Origin: the human T2T-CHM13v2.0 reference genome, Homo sapiens
Reading direction: 5' to 3' (one strand)
NCBI RefSeq assembly: GCF_009914755.1
Contig: NC_060925.1
DNA length: 64,000 bases
Translations under genes and position numbers: made by a program
Shown: one piece after another, positions 1 through 12,546 of the stretch
How positions within the stretch are numbered: position 1 is the stretch's first letter
Layout: every line of letters begins with the position of its first letter
Notes under the pieces: generated by a model
Seen by the model: only the letters and a program-made list of their open reading frames with translations
What the model was told of the DNA's origin: nothing
Database searches by the model: none

Positions 1-660
1 GCAAAGTCCCCAGTAAGTGAATGAGCTTAGTTTTCAAGGATCAGAAAAAAGACACATGCAGCTAGGATGAATTACTGAGTAGAAAAGTGATAAAGATGGA
101 TTCACAAAATTAGGCAATCATCAGCCCGTGTAGTTTGCAGAACACAGTAAGAAGTTTGTATTGTTTCTTAAATGTAATGAAACATCATTGAAGGGCTTTA
201 AGTAACAAAATGACTTGACATAATTTTAGGAAGATCACTATGACTATCTTGGGGAGAATAGATTGTGGATTGTAAGGATTCAAAAATCCAAGCAAGGACA
301 AGATCTGGATGTCTCATAATAGTCCAGGAGAGACATAATGGTGTCTTGACCTAGGGTGGTGATGGGGAGAGGTTGACAGAATCAGGATATATTTCAGACT
401 TACATGTGGATAGGATATGATGGAAGGAGAAAAAAATCATGGAAACATTTTAGAATATGAACTTAAATAACTGAATAGGGAGTGGCGCCATCAATGACAA
501 TGGAGATGATTTTGGTGGGGGAATCAAAAATTTGTGTTGAGGCAGGAAAAGTTTGAGATGCCAAGTGGAAACGCCAAGTGACAGCTCAGATAAAAGCCAA
601 GGTCAAGTTATTGACATGTAGATGTATGTAAAGCCACGAAAATGATAACTATCTTCAAAT
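1..660 (-). mobile_element. L2 (LINE-2) fragment, ancient
   Basis: Antisense L2-like blocks (TTGAAGGGCTTTAAG...TTTTAGGAAGATCACT...ATAGTCCAGGAGAGACATAATGGTGTCTTGACCTAGGGTGGT); boundaries approximate. Confidence 0.7.
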
Positions 661-822
661 GCTTGCTGCAAAAGGAATTAGATATATTTGTAGTTGCTTG
701 TGGCAATGATACCCAGACATTGGTTGCTTGATAAAGCATTTTGAAATTTTAGATGTCCTGGTTTCATTCCAAGCTTTTATGACTCAGTAGATTTGGGATT
801 TTTATTCATGGTTCAGTAAGTG

Positions 823-858
<36 letters not shown>

Positions 859-914
859 CAGTGAGAGAGAGAGACAGTGAGAGAGAGAGACAGTGAGAGA
901 GAGAGAGAGAGAGA
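823..914. repeat. Compound (GT)n(GA)n microsatellite with periodic CAGT interruptions
   Basis: Read directly: GT run, then GA runs broken three times by CAGT (16-bp GAGAGAGAGAGACAGT unit). Confidence 0.95.
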
Positions 915-1206
915 ATCACTGTTTTACAGGGAAGATTCAGGATAAGTGAATAAAGTTAATATCCTCTGACCCTTTGGTGAGAATTGCAGGAGCAATTTTA
1001 GAATCCCTGCATTAATAGCAGAGAGCTTGAACTAAAATACACTTTGGATACCATTTCTTTGTCTTGGTTCTCCAGCTTAAAACACTATTTTGGCAATTAC
1101 TCTGCAACTTATTCTATAGCATGCATGGCCACCCCCAGATACTCTGTATCCCTTTTGTACACCTTTTCCATAGGTAACATGATAGATTTATGCAAGAGTC
1201 CTAATG

Positions 1207-1420
1207 CGGAGTTAGCAAACTCTGTCGAAAGGATCAGAGAGTAAATATTTTAGGCTTTATGGGATATATGGTCTTGTCACAACTATTCAACTGTGCTCTC
1301 GTAGTGGAGAAAAAAGGCAATAAGTAAATGAATGAGCATGGCTATGTTCCAATAAAACTTTATTTAAAAGATCAGGCATGGACAAAGATTTGACCTGTAG
1401 GCCATAGTTGCCAACCCCAG
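1207..1420 (+). mobile_element. MER58A hAT-Charlie MITE
   Basis: GTAAATATTTTAGGCTTT...GTTCCAATAAAACTTTATTTA...CCATAGTTGCCAACCCC; 8-bp TSD-like TCCTAATG/ATCTAATG. Confidence 0.85.
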
Positions 1421-1689
1421 ATCTAATGTATGGTGCTGGGTATGAGAAAAGTGCCTAGCGGTAGCCCTTATGTACAGATGATCTCTAAAGCCTGGATTTA
1501 GTTGGAGCACTTTGCCAATGTTCTTGAACAAGTACTATATTTTATATGATTTTGACAACACAAAATAAGAAAGCAGGATTAGATAGGCAAGTTCAAATTG
1601 AGGATAAAAGCTGATATTGCTCTTTCTGCATATTATGAGCTGTGGATTAGCACTGTATTAGAAAAAAGTTTGAAACTGGGAGGTGATGT

Positions 1690-1870
1690 ACTACTTAGAC
1701 ATGCTGCTCCTTAGTTATGTGGCTCAGGCAAGCTACTTATCTTTTTTAAGTCCAAGTATTTTTTTTCCATTAAGTCTACATAATAATATAACATATCTTA
1801 CTGGCTTCTTGTGATGATAAATGATACAATAAGTGAAAGACACAACATAGTCCCTAACAGAGCAAATACT
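1690..1870 (+). mobile_element. MIR SINE
   Basis: Degenerate MIR core (GGCAAGCTACTTA...CTTGTGATGATAAATGATACAAT). Confidence 0.55.
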
Positions 1871-2204
1871 CTAAAGTCATAATTAGATGCAGATACAATT
1901 GTACACTTAAATATGGAAGGACATAATTATTGGTATATGAAGGGACATAGGAATAAATATAGACATGGATGAATGGTGAAATCATAAGCTAGCTCCTGGT
2001 CACTGCAAGTGTTCAAGTGGAGACTGAAGAGTCATTATTTACAAAAGAACAAGTTGTACCAGGAAATGCTCTGAGTTTCTAATTTTAAATTTGCAACGTA
2101 ATGACAGAGTCAGGATGCTTACCCACTGTTGGATACTTTCAATTAAGTTTTCATGTCAGGGCTAGGTTGGATATTTTGCATCATATGGAGGCAACACTCT
2201 GCAG

Positions 2205-2380
2205 GAAGAAGCATGGACTTCAGCATCAAACACACATGAGCTTGAACTTTCAGCTCTACTATTCTACTATCTGTTGGCATTAAGCCTGTTGATTCACCTA
2301 TTTTAATTATTCAAACGGGGTCAATATCCCTAAAAGGACTAAATTAGGTAATAAAGTAACTGGCACATAGTAGATAATGA
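2205..2380 (+). mobile_element. MIR SINE
   Basis: AGCATGGACTTCAGCATCAAAC...CTGGCACATAGTAG. Confidence 0.55.
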
Positions 2381-2902
2381 CACTTTCCTTCCCAGCATTT
2401 TTTTTTTTTATTCTGAATACCCCCTGTACACTCTAAATAAGGTTCTCACCTTAGGTTTTCCTCTTCATCCTTCCATTTTCTTCATCAGGAGCAAAATTAA
2501 GTTTCTATCAAGTGCTCACTGACATTACCCTGGCATCTGAACTATCCAATGTGACATACACAAAACTTTAATGTGTAGACATGCTAATCAGAAGGGAAAT
2601 GTCAAATCTGCATACATTTCAAATGACCCAACAATATTTACCTTAGAGCTACGTCTCCTATTTTTCTGACAATTGCCTCATTGAGGAAGTGACTCATGCA
2701 GCATACCAAGCCCCATTCCATCTGAGAACTTTACCTCCGACTGGTTTGAAAGCATCAAAAAGATGAATGTCACTGCCTTGCAGTTAGTAAGGAGGCTAAT
2801 TTGATTTGACAAATGATGCTGATTTTGAAGGGGTCACTAATCATTAGAACTACCGAGGACAAAGAGTGCCTTGAAGCTGGATAAAAATTGAATATTTAAA
2901 CA

Positions 2903-2917
2903 GTTTGTTATGCAAAT
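2903..2917 (+). promoter_or_regulatory. OCT4-SOX2-type composite motif (candidate)
   Basis: GTTTGTTATGCAAAT, 14/15 to CTTTGTTATGCAAAT, with a perfect ATGCAAAT octamer, in non-repetitive DNA; motif match only. Confidence 0.4.
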
Positions 2918-3403
2918 TTACTTTCTACCTGTCAGGAGTGTGTAAAGCACAGGGTTAGAGAGTTTGTGGTAAGGCCATCCCTAGGCTGATGACTTCTCTG
3001 CACAGTCTGTCCTCACCACCCAGAGGTCTAGTGGCCCAAAGCCCTTGGATCTGCAACTCCTGCTCACCCAGGTGGAGGGTGAGGTGAGCACAGCTCCACA
3101 GGGAGTTCAGAGCCTCCACTTCTCAATCTCTCACTATCCCTTCTCCATGGCCATCAAAAAAATGAAGAGTGAGCTGAGTTAAAATCCAGTTCACCCGAAA
3201 TGCCAACTTCCAGATTAGCAAATAACCCCTCATGGCCCCAAAAGAGAGAAATCCGGAGCTTTATGAAGGCTACACTGACATTCTCAAGGAACCTCAGCAT
3301 TTTGAAGCAACAGGGCCTCCTTCTTGTCTCTAGTATCTACAGAAAAGCCTTTGTCTCCATAGCTACTCATTCTCCATTTTAATTAGAGGCTTTATTTTGT
3401 TTT

Positions 3404-3778
3404 GTTTGTTTTGTTTTGAAGTTTTATTATAAGTTCAGGGGTACATGTGCAGGTTTGTTTTATAGGTAAACTTGCATCATGGGGGTTTGTTGTACAGATT
3501 ATTTCATTACCGAGATATTAAGCCTAGTACTCATTAGTTATTTTTCCTTATCCTCTTCCTCCTCCCACCCTCCATCCTCAGGTAGGCCTCAGTGTGTGTC
3601 GTTTCCCTCTATATGTCCATGTGTTCTCATCATTTAGCTCCTACTTATAATTGAGAACATGTGGTATTTGGTTTTCTGTTTTGCATTAGTTTGCTGAAGA
3701 TAATGGCCTCCAGCTCCATTCATGTCTCTGCAAAGGACATGAACTCATTTTTTTTTAATGGCTGCATAGTGTTCCATT
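3404..3778 (-). mobile_element. L1PA (approx. L1PA13-16) 3' end; non-inverted part of a twin-primed insertion
   Basis: Antisense L1 3'UTR (GGGGTACATGTGCAGGTTTG...GCAAAGGACATGA...GGCTGCATAGTGTTCCAT) with a decayed T-tail at left. Confidence 0.9.
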
Positions 3779-4172
3779 AACATCCTCATTCCAACTGATC
3801 ATTAGAGAAATTCAAATCAAAACCAAAATGAGACACCATCTCACATCAGTCAGAATGGCTATTATTAAAAAGTCAAAAAATAACTGATGCTGGTAAGGTT
3901 GTGGAGAAAGAGGAATGTTTATACACTGTTGGTAGGAGTGTAAATTACTTTAAGCATTTTAGAAGACAGTGTGGTAATTCCTCAAAGACCTAAAAACAGA
4001 AATGCCATTTGACCCAGCAATCCCATTACTGGGTATATACCCAAAGGAATACAAATTATTCTATTACAAAGACTCATGAATGCGTATATTCATTGCAACA
4101 CTATTCACAATAGCAAAAGCAGGGAATCAACCTACATGCCCATCAGTGATAGACTGGATAAAGAAAATGTGG
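3779..4172 (+). mobile_element. L1PA ORF2 C-terminal segment; inverted 5' part of the same insertion
   Basis: CATTAGAGAAATTCAAATCAAAACC...GACTGGATAAAGAAAATGTGG; ORF 4080 FIATLFTIAK...DWIKKMW matches the L1 ORF2p C-terminus. Confidence 0.9.
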
Positions 4173-5604
4173 TTTCTTTTGTTTTTAATCAAAAGTATCC
4201 TCAAGGATATTTGCTTCCTCACATATGCCCCACACAGTGACTGCCCCTTTGTACTCACTCACTGAGAAAGTCCTTTGTCTTTTTTGGTCACACTGCAGCC
4301 CTCTGTCCACTCTGTACTCTGTGTGACGTGAGGGCAACATTCAGCCCCTTTTCATTTAGGTTTTCTCAAACATTGCCATGAAAATGAAAGGTTTGACCCC
4401 AAAGCCCAAACTTAGGTTTCCTGACATTGGGCAATATTCCTGTAACATTGCCTTGAGCATTTCCATATCTGTAGTAGGGCAGAGGTAACACATGTTAATC
4501 TCACTTCCCATATTGTGTTTCCTACACTCAATTTATGATCATTGAACTGGTTGTGGAGGGCCTTCTGAGCCATTGTGAGAAATGGAGCACTACCCTGAGT
4601 GAGATAGGAAGCCAAGGGAGAGTTCTGAGCAGTTTCTTATTTTAAAGCTTGTGGACAACACTATTTCTTCAGAGGGCCATTGTGAAATAATGTATGTAAA
4701 ACACATAGCACAAGGCCTGTTACATAATTAGTACACAATAACTGTGCGCTGCTGCCTTTATGAACATTAAATTCATAGCCGCTTTACCTTGGCCTTTTTA
4801 TTTTATTTTACTTTTTCTTTTGGTGTAAGGGAGGGTACATTATAAATTGAACAAATGTCCTTGCTCTTGTAAGACTGATATATATTTCTGAATAGTCTGA
4901 CAAAAATCTAACAGTTCTAGACTACACATGCTTTTAGCAACTGAACCAAAGCCAGATTCTTGTTTTTAATATCTTCACTCTGGGAGCTAAAAGAACATCT
5001 TGTGACTAAAGGGAAGTTAAAGCCCAGTATGATTGGCCTTTGCCCGTTAATTCAATTAATAAATGTATATGGAACACACCTATAAGGTACAATGGCTTTG
5101 AAACCAAAAGTCCTGTTCAAACGTCAGCACTGCTTTTTATGTTATTGTGTCTGCGAACTTGTCACTAGATTTCTCCAAGTCTGTTTCCTCACCTTCAAAA
5201 TGGGAACACTTTAAAAGAGGCTTCGTTGTAGGAATTTAAAAGACAAAAGAATATAGTATCTCTCAGTGGGCAAGATCAAAGATCATAGAATAATAATAAT
5301 TTTTAAAGTGTGCCCATCATGTAGGTATCTCTAAATGAACAAATAAAATAATTTGAATCAAAGTTATGCTACCCTAAAAATTTTAATTTTGACAATTCAA
5401 CATCTATTAGTATAATAACCCTGCTAATCCTTGCAGAGGATATAAACTTAAATAATGTCTGGCTTAGCTAGGGCATTTCAGGGCATGGTCGCAGCTCAGC
5501 AAAGCATGCTGTGTAATACATCAAGAGGTAACTCTAGGTTACGACCTCAGGTCTCATGGAGCTGGTATCTAAACCAATCCATCCCACAAGCCCATATTTT
5601 ACTA

Positions 5605-5895
5605 TTGCTAATCCTTACAACTATTATATAAAGTAATATCATTATCTCTATTTTACACGTGAGAAAACTGAGGTATACTAAGGTGAACTCATTTTTCCCA
5701 TGTTTTCCAGCTGGAAAGTGGTAGGGCTAAGTGCTCATTTCATTTAATTTCAACAAGGATTTGTACAGTACCTACTCTGATACTGTCCTAGATGCTCTAG
5801 TTATAACAGTGAAGGAAAAATCACCAAGCTTTTGTCGAAGATTTCAGCCCAGATCTGACCTACTCCAAAAGCTGAATCTTTCCACCAAGCCCACT
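5605..5895 (-). mobile_element. MIR interrupted by an L2 3'-end fragment (~5735-5830)
   Basis: ATTTTACACGTGAGAAAACTGAGG MIR core; internal CATTTAATTTCAACAAGGATTTGTACAGTACCTACT L2 tail; MIR resumes at ATTTCAGCCCAGATCTGAC. Confidence 0.6.
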
Positions 5896-6499
5896 GCTTC
5901 ATTGCATTGGTGCTATATGGAGAGATAAACCTGACCCCAATTCAGTAAGTTACGATGTTCCCATTATGCCATTTTTATTCCCTTTATGATTTAATCAGAA
6001 CACTTGCTTAAATTAAAATATAGCTTAGTCATGCATCTGATCTTCTTTCCCCTAACATTTTTTTCATGGAGCTGTCAGTTTTGCAAACTGGCTTGATTTA
6101 CAGATATTTTATCCAGAAATAAATTGAATTAACAATTTAAAATGCAGAACAGAAAAGGCTGCCAGTGTGCTAATAGCTCCATTTCCCTGATTAAGAAGGC
6201 TTTCTCTAAGATGGTATGAAGGACAGAGCCCTCTTTGGCCTAAAACTCATTTTGACAACGGTCTTGGAATAAATAGATTCTAGAAGAACACTGCCTTGTC
6301 TCAGGAACAGACATCCACCCCAGATCCTGTGGCCAAACTAACCTTCAAAAATATTACCTTGTACGTTTACTTTGGTCATAAGCTTTTGGGGTTTTCTACA
6401 CTTACAGAGAGAAAAAAAAAAAACCCTAAGATTGCCATTCAAAGTCACCAATTTTTCTCTAACTTCTTTAGTCTTATTCCCTCCCTCCTCCTGCCACCT

Positions 6500-6705
6500 C
6501 CCTGAGTCCTCAGGAGCAGCAGATTGGAGTTTGATGCCCCACTCTGTTACAGATTAGAGGCGCTACCTTAGCCAAGTCACTTTACCTCTCAGAGTTTCAG
6601 TTCCATCTTTATTCTTTAAAAGGAGACAGTAAAATTTGTTCTCTGCTCCTCTTAGATCTGAGGAGAGGCTCCAATGAGGCAAAAGGTTTTGTAAATTGTA
6701 CAATG
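6500..6705 (+). mobile_element. MIR SINE
   Basis: CAAGTCACTTTACCTCTCAGAGTTTCAGTTCCATC core. Confidence 0.6.
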
Positions 6706-7031
6706 GATAAGCCACCTTACAGGATCTGCACCACCCATAATTATCTATGCTTTTTTCCATACACATTTCTCTTCCAAGGCATTTCTCCCTTTCTGCAACG
6801 CACATGCTCCCTCTTCCCCCATCTATACAAATAAGAGCTTGTCTTTCTTCAGGGCCCAGCTTGAGCCTGACCTCCTAAAAGAAGTCAGTTGTCCTAACTG
6901 TCCTAGCCCTCAAGAATCTCCTCCCCCAGTGACTTGTCATGGTTTCTCTCATTTGGCACTTGGCCTTGGCTGCCTTTATGTCCTCATTCCTTAGTATCTC
7001 AACAGTTAGCTTGTAAACCCCTATAAGTGAG

Positions 7032-7362
7032 TCTCTTAGTACATTTTGGGCTGCTATGACAGAGTACTCAAATCTGGGTAATTGATAAAGAGCAGATTTT
7101 TATTTCCCTATAGTTCTAGAGTTTGGGAAGCCCAGGATGAAAGTGCCAGCATCTGGGCAGGGTCTTGTTGCTGTTTCCTCATATATTGGAAAGCTGAAGG
7201 GCAAGAGAGTGTGTGCCCACTCCCACAAGCCCTTTTTATAGCAGCGTTAATCCATTCTTGAGGGCTCGACCTAAACACCTCCCCAAACACTTCCCAACAC
7301 TGTTTCACTGGGGATTAAGTTTCCAATACAGGAATTTTAGGGGGCACATTCAGACCACAACA
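7032..7362 (-). mobile_element. MaLR solo LTR (MSTC/MSTD/MLT1A-like)
   Basis: TCTCTTAGTACATTTTGGGCTGCTATGACAGAGTAC...GGGGATTAAGTTTCCAA...CACATTCAGACCACAACA. Confidence 0.85.
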
Positions 7363-7419
7363 AGGAGAGATTTCATTTTACACTAATTTATATTAATATA
7401 TAACACTAAGATTCACATT

Positions 7420-7675
7420 CAGCTAGCACTTACTGAATGCCCACTGTGTGCCTACTCTGTGTCAAGGGCAATTATAGATGCATTCTCATTTGCTGTCTCC
7501 TGTACCTCTCATAAGAAACTCATTACTAATTCTTCACATTTTACACAAATAGAGACAGAGGTTCAGAGGAGTTAACTCTTCATTGTTCAGTATCTCACAG
7601 GTAGTAAGTGGCAGGACTGAAAACTTATTTCAGGACAGATTTCAAAGCCCATGTTCTTTCCACCAAATTATGCCA
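7420..7675 (-). mobile_element. MIR SINE
   Basis: CACTTACTGAATGCCCACTGTGTGCC...CAGAGGTTCAGAGGAGTTAA...GTAGTAAGTGGCAGGACTG. Confidence 0.7.
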
Positions 7676-7904
7676 TCTTTTTTATTAAGTGTCGACTGAT
7701 CCTAATTGTATGATGGTAGGTAACTGGGGCATCAAATGGGGTCTCTAGTAGCTCAGAGCACTAACCATCTGGACCTGATTATAATTGACCATACGGATTC
7801 ATATCTGACTATTCATCCTATAAATATATTTCTCTACGGCTTTTATTTTTTACATAGTTAAGCACATAAAAAGCAAGAAACACAATGTAGAATAAAATGT
7901 ATAA

Positions 7905-8050
7905 TTCAAACCTTAAATTCCCTTCTTATCATCAGTATAATTTTGGTTACTTTTACATCCTTGTGTCCCAGTTCCCTCAAATGAAAAATGAGAATACCAT
8001 TACCAACCTTACGGGGTAGTGTGAGGATTAACTGAGATGTATAAACTGAA
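7905..8050 (+). mobile_element. MIR SINE
   Basis: CAGTTCCCTCAAATGAAAAATGAGAATA...GTGAGGATTAACTGAGAT. Confidence 0.65.
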
Positions 8051-8791
8051 ATATACAGTTGTTATAAAAATTGTGGGAAATGCATAGGAATCATGTCCAG
8101 TAATAGCTCCCTAATTCTAACTTTGTGCTTGTGCCAATATCAGGTGAATATTCCTTGTAAAATCTCTGAATAGAAAATATTCTAGGCAATAAGAGGGCAC
8201 AGAAATTTTTATAGAGACAAAAATGGTAAGAACTACTTATGAAAAACCAAACTCTTAGAAGAAATCTGTAAAGATTTGTAAAAAACTTGTATTCTATTCT
8301 GCTTTCTGTTACTAGAAGATTTACAATATAGGTTTATATGTTGTCTAGGAGGCTATAGAGGCCATTCTTCAATAGGTCAAATTTACTTACATATTTAACA
8401 TTACTAAGTACACATGACTAAGTATGCCATTGGCCGAAAGGGGTGGAAGAGACAGGGGAAGGAGAAGTCACAAAGATAAGTGATATCTTCTCTCTGCCAT
8501 CAAAATAACTCATATTTTAATGATGTGGCCAGCCACGTAGAGTACTTAGAAAGGAAAGGAGTCCTGTGGACTTGGAGAGGAAGAAACTTTCCACTTATAA
8601 ACACAACATGGGGCCAGCATCAGGAAGAAATGTTTCCATTACAACACCTGGTTAAATTGCTCTACAATTTCATGTTTATCTGCTTCAATTTTTTAACAAT
8701 TTATATCAAACTCCCATAGAGATAACTCATAGGAGCAGAGTAAATCCAGTTCCAATAGAAATACAGAGACCAGACTTGTCTACTTGACTTC

Positions 8792-9183
8792 CGTATTAGT
8801 CTGTTAGGGCTGCTATAACAGAATTCCACTGACTGAGTGGCTTAAACAATAGGAATTTATTTTCTCACAGTTCTGAAGCTTGGAAGTCCGAGATCAAGGT
8901 GTCGGTGGGGTTGGTTTCTGGGGAGGCCTCTCTCCATGGCTTGTGTGTGATGGCCTTCTCTCTGTCTTCACATCATAGCCTTTCCTCTGTGGGCTCACAT
9001 GCCTGGTGCCTGGTGCCTCTTTCTCTTCTCATAAGGACACCAGTCCTATTAAATTAGAGTCCCAACCCTGTGACCTCATTTAATGTCAATTACTCCTTAA
9101 AGGCCCTAGCTCCAAATACAGTCACATTGGAAGTTTGGGTCTCAACATATGAATTTGGAGGGGACACAGTTCAGTCCAGGAGA
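8792..9183 (-). mobile_element. MaLR solo LTR, MLT1B-like
   Basis: GTATTAGTCTGTTAGGGCTGCTATAACAGAATTCCAC...GGCTTAAACAATAGGAATTTATTTTCTCACAGTTCTG...GGGGACACAGTTCAGTCC. Confidence 0.88.
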
Positions 9184-9338
9184 GCCTCCTCGTTACCTCT
9201 CACATGGTCTGTAAGGTGTTTTTCAGAATCCCTAAGAATCTACTAGGGGAAAAAAAAAAAAAAAAAACATGAAAATTGCTAGTCCATATCATTAGTAATA
9301 ACTTTCTCAAATCATATCAAATCTCATAATGGAATGAC

Positions 9339-9390
9339 CATTGTTTCTCATTGTTTGCATTGTTTCTCATTGTTTGCATTGTTTGCATTT
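9339..9390. repeat. Short tandem repeat with five CATTGTTT units
   Basis: CATTGTTTCT-CATTGTTTG-CATTGTTTCT-CATTGTTTG-CATTGTTTG-CATTT. Confidence 0.9.
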
Positions 9391-9834
9391 CTTTCTTCTT
9401 ACTTAATCTAAGTCAGAAATGAAGACAGAGAAGTTAGGTCATATGAAATTGGATCAGTAAGAGATCGTTGGCTTAACAAAATGTACCCACTTTGAAGAAC
9501 ATTTTCTCTGGACTTGGCTGGACTGACTAGGTCCTCACAGCTTTTAGACTCTATGATGTTGAGCTTTTCCACACTGTCTGCAACACCCCAAAAATGTCCA
9601 GTGTACATAGAGACAGGTGCAAATGAGCTCATTTCACCTTCCTTTCTAGGAGTTTAGGTCAAACTTCTTTATTGGCTGGAAAGAAACATCTTTTTTGACT
9701 TACCCTTAGCATCATCCACTAAAATAAGACATTACAGAAAAAAGATGCTCAGTCTTGGTGAAATGTCCATTTTCAAGTATACATACACCTTCACAAGATC
9801 TCTCTCTTTCAGTCTCTCTCCACACCCCCTCCAC

Positions 9835-9844
9835 TGTCTGTCTG

Positions 9845-9883
<39 letters not shown>
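9835..9883. repeat. (TC)n(AC)n microsatellite
   Basis: Read directly. Confidence 0.95.
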
Positions 9884-9884
<1 letters not shown>

Positions 9885-10094
9885 CTAGAGTCTAAGGCAA
9901 TATTCAACACATTTAGGAAAAAAACTGTCTAATAAGGAACTCTCTAAGGAGATTACTTAGCTAGTTTTTACCTACTCTGGCCATGATAATTTTGACTATT
10001 CAGTTAGTCTCTAACTATACAAAATAATACTTGAAAATTGTTTTTCCCAGAATTTACCAAAATAATAATATGATTTGTTATAGAAATGAGAGTG

Positions 10095-10450
10095 GGGTGG
10101 GGGGTACTCCAGGCAGAAGGCACAACGTAAACAAAGGTGAGGAAACAGGAAACATAGGATGTACACAAAGAACAAGTTTTAACTTTGACAGAAAGAATTG
10201 AGGATGACAAAAGGGCAATAATGATTTTTTTAAAATTTGCTTTGAAAGAATGAATAGAGTCAGATCATTAGGGGCCTAGAGGCTAAGATAGGCAGTTTGA
10301 CTAATTTTTTCTAAGCGCCAGAGAATGATGAAATGTTTTCAGCAAAAGCAGTATGCCTGGAACTCTGCTATAGGAAAATTAACACAGTGGGTATGTGTGG
10401 CATTAATCAAAGAAGGAAGAAAAAGTTGAGGAAATCACCTAGAACTCTAA
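10095..10450 (-). mobile_element. L2 fragment
   Basis: CTCCAGGCAGAAGGCACAACGTAAACAAAGG...AGTCAGATCATTAGGGGCC, antisense L2-like. Confidence 0.55.
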
Positions 10451-10945
10451 TGGAAAATGTGACATAACAGTTAGAAAAGCAGGAAGCAGCAAAGTGTCAG
10501 TGGAACCACAACACTGTGAATTTTAACTTTATCATTTTCCACCTATTTATTAGAGACCTGCAAGGTCTCTAGCACAAAGCAGTTTATCATTTTGTTGAGA
10601 AATGAACCTGAATCATGTACTCTGTAAGACAGATGTATAGAAATGAACTCTGCAATCTGTTAAGTGAGCCTAGCTAAATGCCCAATAACCATAGCTTAAT
10701 ACAATGTACTCCACATCCTCACATACACAGAGGCAGTAGGAGTTAGTAGACAAATCTTGACTCAGGAACTATGCAAAACAAAAACACAATGACTCCCACT
10801 CAGCTGTGCTAGGGACGTCAGGGGCTGATATGAACAAAATAAATATCCCACGATCAGACAGCTTCACACAAAGGCAAAAGAGCTGATTGCTGCCACCAGG
10901 TGATTCAAGAAGTTCCAAAGCACACCATTCTAAAAATCTTTTTCT

Positions 10946-11321
<376 letters not shown>

Positions 11322-12167
11322 CTATTTATAAATGACACACTATTTATAAATGACACTAACAGGATAGGGCTGCACCTACGCAACATTTTGCTCAAGATGG
11401 CCTGTGGCACATCAGGGAAAGTAATCCCAACTAAGCTAGGAGAGGGTTCATAGTCACATCAAGAAATGGTCAGTTACACACTTAAAGATGGGGATTATAT
11501 TTGAATGTACTGTCCAGTGTAGCTTGGAAAAAGTGAATTTTTTTCAAATACCACAAATGATGTTAGTATATCAGAGACTCATTTCCATGTCTGTTGATCT
11601 CTCTTTTTCCATTCCTTAACTGTCAGCCTTTCATGTCTATGTACTTTGGATGGCCCTTGTAAACTGTATTTATCTTAGGTTTGTATACATAGCCACCCTC
11701 ATAATCTTTGTCTTTCAAAAGGGGAGTTTAGTTTATTTACATTTACCATAACAATTATTTATTTCAATTTATTACTATGATGTTATTGTGTACTTTCTGT
11801 TTGGCAGGGCTTTTCTATGCTTCTTTTAATTTTTTTCCTGCCTACTTTTACACTGATTATTTCTCTCATTCAGATTTTTCTCTCTATACTCTATACATTT
11901 CGTTTTTTAGTTTTTACTCTAGAAATGTAACATGCATACTTAGTTTTCCAAAGTCCTAATTTTATCGATAACTTTATGCTTCTTCCTATCACTACTCACC
12001 AAATTTATATAGAGTATTTGCCATGTGTTTTCATTTTCCACTGTTTTATTTTAACTCTGCTAAAATATTTTTGTTTTACACTATCAATGTTTATTTTGTT
12101 ATCAATTATTATTGTCACTTATCATTTCATCTTATAACTCAACCTTTGATTAAAGGTAACTTCTGTC

Positions 12168-12546
<379 letters not shown>

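Noticed and set aside
10551-10571. 9-bp stem TAGAGACCT-GCA-AGGTCTCTA
   Set aside because: Short enough to be expected by chance in 64 kb.
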